Under the pieces are notes generated by a model. That model worked only from the letters and a program-made list of their open reading frames with translations. It ran no database searches and had not been told where the DNA came from. From the NCBI GenBank assembly GCA_044343545.1, contig JAWBZR010000016.1, positions 1 through 11,367 on the forward strand: a DNA stretch of 11,367 nucleotides, read 5' to 3'. A program made the position numbers and the translations under genes. The stretch's first letter is position 1. The number at the start of each line of letters is the position of its first letter. The DNA is from Candidatus Aenigmatarchaeota archaeon. Lineage in GTDB: Archaea; Aenigmatarchaeota; Aenigmatarchaeia; CG10238-14. Below, in pieces: positions 1-7,297 of the stretch.

Positions 1-34
1 TCAATCACCTTCTGTTTCCTCTCAATCACCCTCT
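1..34 (+). repeat. Imperfect direct repeat with 21-bp period, encoding a Ser/Pro-rich linker (SQSPS x2)
   Basis: tcaatcaccttct at 1-13 and tcaatcaccctct at 22-34. It may continue upstream of the window. Confidence 0.6.
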
Positions 35-721
35 ATCACTACTCTATGCTCTGCTACTAACATTTTCGCCCCATTTCTTGTTAATTCCGGAGGTAAAATA
101 GGTATAGGAACAAGCACGCCTTTAACTCAGTTAGATGTGGCTGGAAAAATAAGGGCGACTGGAATTTGTTTGGGGAACTCATGCTACAATTCTTTCCCAG
201 AAAATTATTGGAGCAAGTTAGGAAACAACATTTTCTACAATTCGGGTGATGTTGGAATCGGCACAACTTCACCAGTCTACAAGCTCCACATCTACAATTC
301 AACTACCGACGGACCAGTTTTAAGGTTACAAGATACAGACGGCACTTGTGATGCCAACCCAGAATCTACTGGTGTGAGTTGGTCTTGCTCTTCAGACATT
401 CGCTTAAAGCAAAACATCCGTGACGCCCCACCGATTCTAGGTCAACTGATGCAAATCCCCATAAGGCAATTCGAGTTGAAAGCAAGCAATGAAACTAAAA
501 TAGGTGTGATAGCTCAAGAGCTTCAGCCAATAATGCCAGAATTGGTTTCGGAAGATGAAAACGGATATTTGATGGTAAAAGAGTTGAGTTCTTGGCAACT
601 TTTAAAAGCAATTCAAGAGCAGCAACAACAAATAGAGCAATTAAAATTGCAAGTTTCTCAATTAAAAGCAATGGTATGCTCGGATCATCCTAATTCAACT
701 ATCTGCAACTCTCCGGAATAG
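2..721 (+). CDS. C-terminal part (5'-truncated) of a tail-fibre-like surface protein with a peptidase S74 intramolecular chaperone domain
   Basis: The frame is open from base 2 (QSPSVSSQSPSITTLCSATNIFAPFLVNSGGKIGIGTSTPLTQLDV...), so the GTG at 137 is probably internal. It has two fibre-type repeats (GKIGIGTSTP..QLDV and GDVGIGTTSP..KLHI), the S74 motif SDIRLKQNI starting at 392, then IGVIAQEL and a C-terminal coiled coil (KAIQEQQQQIEQLK). Confidence 0.88.
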   Translation, partial: QSPSVSSQSPSITTLCSATNIFAPFLVNSGGKIGIGTSTPLTQLDVAGKIRATGICLGNSCYNSFPENYWSKLGNNIFYNSGDVGIGTTSPVYKLHIYNSTTDGPVLRLQDTDGTCDANPESTGVSWSCSSDIRLKQNIRDAPPILGQLMQIPIRQFELKASNETKIGVIAQELQPIMPELVSEDENGYLMVKELSSWQLLKAIQEQQQQIEQLKLQVSQLKAMVCSDHPNSTICNSPE

Positions 722-967
722 GTAGACTCGTTTTTCGAATTGCAAAATAATTGTTTCTAGCCAACGAATTTAATTTCTCGCGGTTTTTCAATTAAATCTT
801 CCCTTCAAGCAAAATTTATGAGCGAAAACCAAAAATTTTACGATCAAAAAATAAAGAGCTATAATGAAAACATTTGCGATGCTTTGACTCCAACAAACTC
901 AGCTTATGTGAATCTTGCCAACTACAAACCACAATTATTTTTTTACAATAGTTCAAATATTTTCACG

Positions 968-2395
968 ATGAATTTTTTGATTTTCATTTCATTGATCCTT
1001 TTCTCGCTACCTATCTCTACATCCACGACCATTTATAACATTACTTTGGCAAATCAAAAAATATTTGTCAACGTCACCTTCGATATCAACTCAGAGCAAG
1101 CTTTCGACGTGTGGCGCGTAACGTGGGAAATACCGCATAAATATGATATCTTGTCTATAAAAGATGAAATTGGTTATGTGAGTTTCGATTCCAAGGAAGG
1201 TTACGTGTACTTTGAAACAAATCCATTAAGGAGCAAGAGAAGAGTGATAAACATTCAATATTTCATCAATGACGCGATCTCAGAAGAATATGGACAATTG
1301 AAGAAAGTCAGACTCTATTTATCCGGTTTTGAAGGAGAAAAGACAATAATAAACGTCTACCTTCCAAAAATAATTTCTGGCGATGCTTCTTTTGGCTTTA
1401 GCGAATATTTTGATGATAACTTTGCACAATTTGTAGGTTTCGGCGCAGCGGATATACTGTTATATTACAGTTTTTCTGGAAGGGAATATGAGAATTATGT
1501 GGTTTTCGGCCCAGCAGAATTCAAAGTAGCAGACAGGATGTTTTCTCTAGTCACGAACATAACTGGAGTGAAAAAACCTTACAAGAGATTTCCAGTCGTC
1601 GTAATCGATGACAATTTATTTGAAAGTAAAATTCAACCTTGGGGAACGGCATCTCACTTGAGAGGAGGACTCATATTGATGAAAAAATCTGTTGCTAACG
1701 GACCTTACAATGCAAGCATTTTATTGCATGAAACAACTCACGGAATTAATGCGAAAGTATTAAAGTGGAACAAGGCAAATTCAACTTGGTTCGAAGAAGG
1801 CACGGCAAGTTTCGTCGAATATCTGGCAAACCAAATGTTAGGTTTACAGCAAAGCGAGCTTTTTGGTAAAGACAAAACAGTGAAAAAAGATGGTGAAAAA
1901 ATTATTTTCAAGTCAAAGGGAAGAGCTGAAGAATTGTGGGATTATTACAAGCATGGCAATGATTTCATGTATTACTGGACTCCGGAAAATGGTGAGCTAA
2001 GAGATTTTGGTTATGCATTTAGCGAGCTTGTGATAAGATATGCTGTCAAGAAAAACGGAATAGGGAAGCTCAAAGAAACTTATCTTGAATTATCAAAAAT
2101 CAACAAGACAGTGAGTGATAGTATTGAAGCAACGAACATCTTACTTTCATCACTTGATACGAATTTTATGCCTTGCTATTCTGTCGATAGGTTAACTTTC
2201 GAAAAATGCCTTCAAGAAATTAACGAGCAAAAATTCACTTTTTCAGATGCAACAGCAATTCAAGTAACTAATACAGAAATTGTTAATGAAACCATTGAAA
2301 TAAAGCAAGCACCAAAAATTATCGACAAAAATGTTAGTTTGATGTCATTTCTCAACAATATTATAGAAAACATTTTAAGAATTTTCAAGCGATGA
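968..2395 (+). CDS. Secreted zinc metallopeptidase, gluzincin type (clan MA, M1-like spacing)
   Basis: HETTH at 1727-1741 is followed 18 residues later by Glu in WFEEGTA. The ATG at 968 begins a hydrophobic signal-like segment (MNFLIFISLILFSLPISTS), so it is preferred over 818. There are eight N-x-S/T sequons. Confidence 0.8.
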   Translation: MNFLIFISLILFSLPISTSTTIYNITLANQKIFVNVTFDINSEQAFDVWRVTWEIPHKYDILSIKDEIGYVSFDSKEGYVYFETNPLRSKRRVINIQYFINDAISEEYGQLKKVRLYLSGFEGEKTIINVYLPKIISGDASFGFSEYFDDNFAQFVGFGAADILLYYSFSGREYENYVVFGPAEFKVADRMFSLVTNITGVKKPYKRFPVVVIDDNLFESKIQPWGTASHLRGGLILMKKSVANGPYNASILLHETTHGINAKVLKWNKANSTWFEEGTASFVEYLANQMLGLQQSELFGKDKTVKKDGEKIIFKSKGRAEELWDYYKHGNDFMYYWTPENGELRDFGYAFSELVIRYAVKKNGIGKLKETYLELSKINKTVSDSIEATNILLSSLDTNFMPCYSVDRLTFEKCLQEINEQKFTFSDATAIQVTNTEIVNETIEIKQAPKIIDKNVSLMSFLNNIIENILRIFKR

Positions 2396-2400
2396 AAATG

Positions 2401-3123
2401 TTAATTGAAATGATTTTCCAGCCAATCTATTATAACCTTATTCAAATCAGTTTTGGAAAACATGTTTGTCCCGTGTCCAGCATTTTCATATATTTTCAAG
2501 AATTTTTCTCCCATAGCCATCTCATATAACTTTTGAGAAGAAGAGGCAGAAGGCTCGTCTTCCTTGCTCGCGACGATCAATAAAGGTCTATTATAATTTG
2601 ATAGAGCTTCCATCGTCGTCACACCTCTATAATTTAGTCCTGGGGAAAGCAAGACAACAACTTTTATTTCTTCATCTGTGGCCGCGTAATTTAAAGCTGT
2701 GTTGGCCCCTATGCTAGCTCCTATTATTCCTACGCTTTTTTCGTTAACACCGTTTTCTATCAAGAAGAGTTTTGCAGCCTTTACATCTAAAACCATATTC
2801 TTGAAATCTTTTTCAGAAAAATTTTCCCAGGTGATCTTTTGCCCTTGTTTTATTATACTCTTGCCGTGTCCTCTTAAATCTATTGCTAACACATGATAAC
2901 CATTTTTTCTCAATTCTTCAGCAAAATCTCTCCAATGACTTTTATCCGTTCTCAACATGTGCAGCAATATCAACGCTTTGCCATTCGGTTTTTCTGGTTG
3001 ATAAAAATCAGCATATATGATAAATCCATCATCTGTCTCAAACTTTGTTTCCATCGCAACTTCCTTCACACAACCACACAAGAGCAATATGAAAGCTATG
3101 CTTGCAATAACCTTTCTATCCAC
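2401..3123 (-). CDS. Alpha/beta-fold hydrolase, predicted lipoprotein
   Basis: Nucleophile elbow GASIG (2707-2721), DLRGHG motif, candidate Asp (SKED) and His (AGHGT) of the triad, and an N-terminal signal ending in LLCGC. Confidence 0.9.
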   Translation of the reverse strand: MDRKVIASIAFILLLCGCVKEVAMETKFETDDGFIIYADFYQPEKPNGKALILLHMLRTDKSHWRDFAEELRKNGYHVLAIDLRGHGKSIIKQGQKITWENFSEKDFKNMVLDVKAAKLFLIENGVNEKSVGIIGASIGANTALNYAATDEEIKVVVLLSPGLNYRGVTTMEALSNYNRPLLIVASKEDEPSASSSQKLYEMAMGEKFLKIYENAGHGTNMFSKTDLNKVIIDWLENHFN

Positions 3124-3157
3124 TTTAAATATTTTCGCAAAACAAAAATATATTTTT
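3124..3157. promoter_or_regulatory. 34-bp divergent intergenic region with a TATA-like box
   Basis: TTTAAATA at 3124-3131 lies 27-34 nt upstream of the ATG at 3158. An AT-rich palindrome at 3144-3157 could serve the opposite gene. No Shine-Dalgarno sequence is visible. Confidence 0.5.
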
Positions 3158-3361
3158 ATGGAAGAAAATATTTTTCTTTTAGGAATTTTCCTTGTATTAA
3201 TTGGTGTGTTTTTGATAATACTTTCATCCTTCCGCGGTAAGGTAGAATACGGTTTTGGCGGTTTTATAGGACCAATACCATTTGGTTGGGCAACTAATCA
3301 GAAGATACTAATAATTATAATCATTTTGATGATGCTTTTAATTCTTTTTTTGTATAGATAA
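3158..3361 (+). CDS. DUF131 (TIGR00304-like) small archaeal membrane protein, 67 aa
   Basis: Two hydrophobic helices flank the signature GGFIGPIPFGW. The start was moved from 3017 to the ATG at 3158, which removes the overlap with the hydrolase gene. Confidence 0.85.
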   Translation: MEENIFLLGIFLVLIGVFLIILSSFRGKVEYGFGGFIGPIPFGWATNQKILIIIIILMMLLILFLYR

Positions 3362-3362
3362 T

Positions 3363-3803
3363 TTACGTGTAAACCAATACAACAACCAAAAATAATGTTA
3401 ACAAAAATTCTTCAATAGATAATGTTTTTATGAAACCTCTAGTTTCAATTTTGTTAAAAGGTTTTAAAGGATTTGAGCTATAGTAGCTTACCCAATCAAG
3501 TATGCAATGAGTTATGCCGCAAAAAAATGGCAAAAAACTTTTTATCATAAAAGATATTATAAGGGCAAGAAACAAACCACCGCACTCCTGAAGCCAAGTC
3601 CTTCTCTTAGCACCTCTTTTTAGGAAGCGTTTTGAAAATTCACTAAAATTTTTCGTTTTTCTCCATTCCATCATACCTTTTGCAATTTCATCCAAATCTA
3701 TAAGCACACCAAACAAGAAGCAGAAAAATTTTTCAAGAAATGTCAAAGGAGAAAATGCATTTATTATTATTATTGTGGAAAGCAAGTGTGTTGTAAAAAA
3801 CAT
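3363..3803 (-). CDS. Membrane-bound metal-dependent hydrolase, YdjM/DUF457-like
   Basis: Motif order MFFTTH, GVLIDLDE, RRTWLQE, THCILD, PLKPF with hydrophobic helices between. The start was placed at the ATG at 3803 because it gives the family-typical MxxxTH N-terminus and avoids overlap with the next gene. Confidence 0.72.
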   Translation of the reverse strand: MFFTTHLLSTIIIINAFSPLTFLEKFFCFLFGVLIDLDEIAKGMMEWRKTKNFSEFSKRFLKRGAKRRTWLQECGGLFLALIISFMIKSFLPFFCGITHCILDWVSYYSSNPLKPFNKIETRGFIKTLSIEEFLLTLFLVVVLVYT

Positions 3804-3837
3804 ATAAATAAATTGTTGTTTAATTAAAATAAAAATT
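3803..3837. promoter_or_regulatory. Divergent intergenic region (34-bp spacer 3804-3837) with a TATA box for the Hsp20-TIP49 unit
   Basis: TATAAATA at 3803-3810 lies 28-35 nt upstream of the ATG at 3838. Confidence 0.5.
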
Positions 3838-4425
3838 ATGTTTTGGAGAAAATCTTGCAATTTTTGTGGCTATAAGCTCAAAAAAGATTGGAATTTTTGC
3901 CCTAAATGCGGAAATCCCATAGGAGCAGGAGGTATAATGAGGGACGTTTTTGAAGATATAGAGAAAGAGTTTGAAAGGATTGACAAGATGTTCAGGATAG
4001 ATACAAGAGAACTTGGCTCTCAAGACATAAGAGGAGGAAGTTTACATATCACTATCCAAAGTGGCACAGGTATACAACCAAAGATTGAGGTAAAGACGAC
4101 AGGAGATTACAAGGCCTTGGAACCAGAAATAAAAAGAAAATTAGGAATAAGTGAAGAAAAAGTTGAAGAAAGAGCAAGAAAGTTTAAGATAACAGAAGAG
4201 CCAGAAACTAAAAAGATAGTGCAGCATGGAAAAACCATTTTGAAAATAGAGTTGCCAGGCGTGAAAAGTGAAGATGATATAGAAATAAAGAGGTTAGAGC
4301 AAAGTATAGAAATAAAAGCCTTTGCAGGTGACAAAGCATATTTCAAGCTCATTCCAATTCCTGAAAATGCTTCCATGAGCAAAAGATTCAAGGATGGTAT
4401 TCTAGAAATAGAAATTCAAGGGTGA
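3838..4425 (+). CDS. Zinc-ribbon plus Hsp20/alpha-crystallin-fold protein
   Basis: N-terminal CNFC-x10-CPKCG. The C-terminal region has Hsp20-type motifs EEPET, IELPGVKSEDDIEI, SIEIKA and FKDGILEIEI. Confidence 0.85.
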   Translation: MFWRKSCNFCGYKLKKDWNFCPKCGNPIGAGGIMRDVFEDIEKEFERIDKMFRIDTRELGSQDIRGGSLHITIQSGTGIQPKIEVKTTGDYKALEPEIKRKLGISEEKVEERARKFKITEEPETKKIVQHGKTILKIELPGVKSEDDIEIKRLEQSIEIKAFAGDKAYFKLIPIPENASMSKRFKDGILEIEIQG

Positions 4426-4426
4426 T
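4419..4426 (+). promoter_or_regulatory. Shine-Dalgarno-like sequence AGGGTGAT containing the Hsp20 stop codon
   Basis: It matches the archaeal consensus GGAGGTGAT and lies 4 nt before an in-frame TTG at 4431. Confidence 0.55.
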
Positions 4427-5789
4427 TTCTTTGACGCAAGTCAGAGAAATCGTCGAGAACATCAGAGAATGGGAGAGAATATCGGCTCACTCTCACATAA
4501 AAGGTTTGGGTTTAGATGGATTAAAGGCAAAACCTGTAGCAGATGGTATGGTTGGTCAAATAGAAGCAAGAGAAGCTGCTGGAATAGTTGTTAGGTTAAT
4601 CAAGCAAGGCAAGTTTGGTGGCAGAGGCATACTATTAGCAGGTCCACCAGGAACAGGCAAGACAGCTTTGGCTATGGGTATTGCAAGAGAATTGGGTATG
4701 GATGTACCTTTCGTCCATCTAACAGCGAGTGAAATATTTTCTACCGAGATGAGAAAGACCGAATTTTTAACCCAAGTCCTCAGAAAGGCTATAGGGGCAA
4801 GGATTCACGAAATGAGAAAGGTGTACGAAGGCGAGATTAAAGAGATATCAATAGAAAAAACTCAACATCCTTATAATCCTTATCAGCAAATACCTGTTGC
4901 TGCAACTATAAAGATTGCTACGACTGATGAATCCAAAAAATTAACTATGGATCAATCCTTTGCTATACAGCTAATTCAGCAGGGCATCGAAACAGGAGAT
5001 GTGGTGCAAATAGATGTTGATGGAGGTAGAATTGTAAAGTTGGGAAAAAGCAAGAGCGACGAAAAAAAATATGACTTGGAAACATCACAATTGATAGAAA
5101 CACCTAAAGGAAAGGTTTTCAAGGAAAAAGAATTTGTTTACACTGTTACTTTGCATCATCTAGATGTCGCCAGCTCGAGGCAAGGCGAAGATATATTTAG
5201 TTTGTTTTTTGGTGGTAGGAGTTCAAAAGAAATAGATAATGAAATAAGGAAAGAGGTTGATGAATATATTAAAGAGCTTGTTAGGCAAGGGAAATGTGAA
5301 TTGCTTCCAGGTGTGGTGTTTATAGATGAGTGTAGTATGCTTGACATCGAATCTTTTGCCTTTCTCAATAGAGCAATGGAGCAGGAACTTTCACCTATAA
5401 TAATTTTTGCCACCAATAGAGGTTTTTCTACAATAAGAGGGACTGATATAAAATCACCTCATGGCATGCCTCTCGACCTATTGGATAGAATGCTGATAAT
5501 CAATACAAAACCTTACAAAAAGGATGAAATAAAAAAGATTTTGGAGACGAGAGCAAAAGTGGAAAAGATAGATTTGGATAAGGAAGCTTTGGAGTATTTA
5601 ACAGATTTAGGGGAAAAAAACAGCTTGAGATATGCTATTCAACTCATTGCACCTGCATATGAATATGCCAAAGAAAACAAAGTAGAAAAAATAAAAAAAG
5701 AGCACTTGATGTATGTCGAGAAACTTTTTGTTGATATAAGCAAGTCTGTCGAATATTTGAGAGATTTCGAGAAAAAATTCATAGAATAA
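4422..5789 (+). CDS. tip49: TIP49 / RuvB-like (Rvb1/Rvb2, RUVBL) AAA+ ATPase
   Basis: ERISAHSHIKGLGL, GMVGQIEAREAAG, Walker A GPPGTGKT (4641-4664), Walker B FIDECSMLDIE, ATNRG and SPHGMPLDLLDR, with the DII insertion. The start is either the GTG at 4422 (GTGA overlap) or the TTG at 4431. Confidence 0.96.
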   Translation: MISLTQVREIVENIREWERISAHSHIKGLGLDGLKAKPVADGMVGQIEAREAAGIVVRLIKQGKFGGRGILLAGPPGTGKTALAMGIARELGMDVPFVHLTASEIFSTEMRKTEFLTQVLRKAIGARIHEMRKVYEGEIKEISIEKTQHPYNPYQQIPVAATIKIATTDESKKLTMDQSFAIQLIQQGIETGDVVQIDVDGGRIVKLGKSKSDEKKYDLETSQLIETPKGKVFKEKEFVYTVTLHHLDVASSRQGEDIFSLFFGGRSSKEIDNEIRKEVDEYIKELVRQGKCELLPGVVFIDECSMLDIESFAFLNRAMEQELSPIIIFATNRGFSTIRGTDIKSPHGMPLDLLDRMLIINTKPYKKDEIKKILETRAKVEKIDLDKEALEYLTDLGEKNSLRYAIQLIAPAYEYAKENKVEKIKKEHLMYVEKLFVDISKSVEYLRDFEKKFIE

Positions 5790-5801
5790 TTCTTTGTTTT
5801 T
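5790..5801 (+). terminator. Possible oligo(T) terminator
   Basis: ttctttgttttt lies directly after the TIP49 stop, between convergent genes. Confidence 0.35.
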
Positions 5802-6382
5802 CATGTAAACATTTTAGGATTTGATGAATAAAAGCCAGCTAAATAAGATATTACAGCCACACCAACCAAAAGGAATAAAAGGAGTATTAATAGCAATAAT
5901 ATCAATATAGGTATAAACCATACGAGGAATGCTTTACCTAATGAGATGGCATGAATAAAAGAAATGCCTTTAATGAAAATATAAATTCCGTAAATTGAGC
6001 CTAATATTCCTATGTATGGTATCCAACCGAAAAGTATTGACGGTGTCATTCCATAAACATAAGCCTTGAAAGTTCCTTCATATGGAGCATAACCGCCAAA
6101 CAATTTTGCGAATATGTGAAATATACCAGCAAAGATAAATGAAAATATAGTTGTAGTAACAAATTCCATAAGAATCGAATTTACTGTTTCATTTGGAGAA
6201 ACGGGGAAGTTGGCTAAAAATAACAAAACTCTTATTGCTTTTGATATCGCATTAATCATGAGAAAATATAAGAATGCTGCAGAAAAAGGTTCTTTTCTAA
6301 TGAACTTGAATAATTCTTCGGGTTTTGTTAAAGCATATACCATTTTTTGAAATACGTTAAGATTTGTTTGACTTTCCATCAT
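5801..6382 (-). CDS. Yip1-domain membrane protein
   Basis: ALTKPEELFKFI, HIFAKLFGG.APYEGTFKAYVYGMTP, WIPYIG, GISFIHAISLGKA and about five transmembrane segments. Confidence 0.87.
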   Translation of the reverse strand: MMESQTNLNVFQKMVYALTKPEELFKFIRKEPFSAAFLYFLMINAISKAIRVLLFLANFPVSPNETVNSILMEFVTTTIFSFIFAGIFHIFAKLFGGYAPYEGTFKAYVYGMTPSILFGWIPYIGILGSIYGIYIFIKGISFIHAISLGKAFLVWFIPILILLLLILLLFLLVGVAVISYLAGFYSSNPKMFT

Positions 6383-6398
6383 TATAATTTGTGGTTTT

Positions 6399-7205
6399 TT
6401 ATTTAAAAAGTTTCAAACAAACAGAAGCCTGTAACATCTTGTCAAGTGCTATAAAAAACAAGTCAAAAAGTAAATAGACGAAATGACCGACGATTGGCAT
6501 AGATGAAACTGATGCAGAAACCGCTATTCTAACGATTAAAAATAAAATTAAAACACCAGCCAACTTGAAGAAATTTATGTATACGAATTTTAGTGAAAAT
6601 TTTATCGCCTCAACCCCCTTCAAATTTTTATAAATTATAACTGAAGGAAGTATCCATATACAAAAGAAAAAAAACACAAAACAAACAAAAATTAAAGGTG
6701 AAAATATTAACAACAGAAAGGCCGAAAACAAAACCGGTATTAATAAAATGAGAACCAAGATACCTGTAAGTGTAACCAGAACAAACCACGTCCATAACAA
6801 CGGAGGCACAGATTTTATCGCTTCTCTTAGAGTAATTTCAAGATCGAATTTTTTCTTCTTCAGTCGAATGAAGCTATGAGTATAAAATGAGCTTATGTAC
6901 AAATCTATTAGCATATGCAATAAAATTATCAAAAACAGCCAATTTATGAAGATTAAAAGATGGAAAGAATATTTTTTCAAAAACAAAGGGTTTGTCAGTA
7001 TCTCTATTTTTTCCACATCGCCATTTATTATGAAATCTTTTATTCTTTTGTAAATTTCAATTTCATTATCCAAAAATTTGAAAAAAACTATAAAAGAAAC
7101 AAGTAAAACTGCAAGAGTGAACCAATTCAAGGTTGCCGGCAAAAGTATTTTCGGATTTTTTATAATCATCTTAAAACTTTCTTCAAAACTTTCCAAAATA
7201 GACAT
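6399..7205 (-). CDS. Polytopic membrane protein, resembling DUF975 / GDPD-membrane-domain-type families
   Basis: About six hydrophobic segments, N-terminal ESFKMIIKNP and the motif ILPSVII...GVEAIKFS. The start is probably the ATG at 7205; the ORF track extends it to 7259. Confidence 0.65.
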   Translation of the reverse strand: MSILESFEESFKMIIKNPKILLPATLNWFTLAVLLVSFIVFFKFLDNEIEIYKRIKDFIINGDVEKIEILTNPLFLKKYSFHLLIFINWLFLIILLHMLIDLYISSFYTHSFIRLKKKKFDLEITLREAIKSVPPLLWTWFVLVTLTGILVLILLIPVLFSAFLLLIFSPLIFVCFVFFFFCIWILPSVIIYKNLKGVEAIKFSLKFVYINFFKLAGVLILFLIVRIAVSASVSSMPIVGHFVYLLFDLFFIALDKMLQASVCLKLFK

Positions 7206-7297
7206 TATACTAATTATCATCTTTTTATTAAATAAAATTTTGCCTATTTCACCATTCAACCAAAAAATAGTTATTTTATTAAAACAAATTTAATTTA

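Noticed and set aside
81..302. Cys-rich 73-aa minus-strand ORF
   Set aside because: It is the antisense shadow of the S74 fibre gene.
2..721. Provirus call based on the tail-fibre domain
   Set aside because: No integrase, capsid, terminase or att-like repeat is present in the window. The upstream sequence is not visible.
768..797. 8-bp inverted repeat atttaatt/aattaaat with a 14-bp spacer
   Set aside because: It is all A/T and short, as expected by chance at this composition.
757..804. Protein-like minus-strand fragment REDLIEKPREIKFVG*
   Set aside because: An in-frame stop lies immediately upstream, there is no start, and it is too short to call a pseudogene.
818..967. 50-codon N-terminal extension of the peptidase ORF
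   Set aside because: It would bury the signal-like segment that starts at 968 and has no recognisable motif. It is more likely open intergenic sequence, although a signal-anchor form cannot be excluded.
2699..3240. Plus-strand ORFs 2699-2896 and 2893-3240, and the 3017-3157 extension of DUF131
   Set aside because: They are antisense to the well-supported alpha/beta hydrolase and carry no motifs.
4422..5789. Annotation as Holliday-junction RuvB
   Set aside because: The motifs and DII insertion are TIP49-specific, and no ruvA or ruvC is present in the window.
3820..5804. Minus-strand ORFs 3820-4023, 4107-4391, 5156-5416 and 5607-5804
   Set aside because: They are shadows of the Hsp20 and TIP49 genes.
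4422..6382. TIP49 plus Yip1 as a eukaryotic-signature (Asgard-like) cluster
   Set aside because: Both families are widespread in ordinary archaea, and the two genes are convergent.
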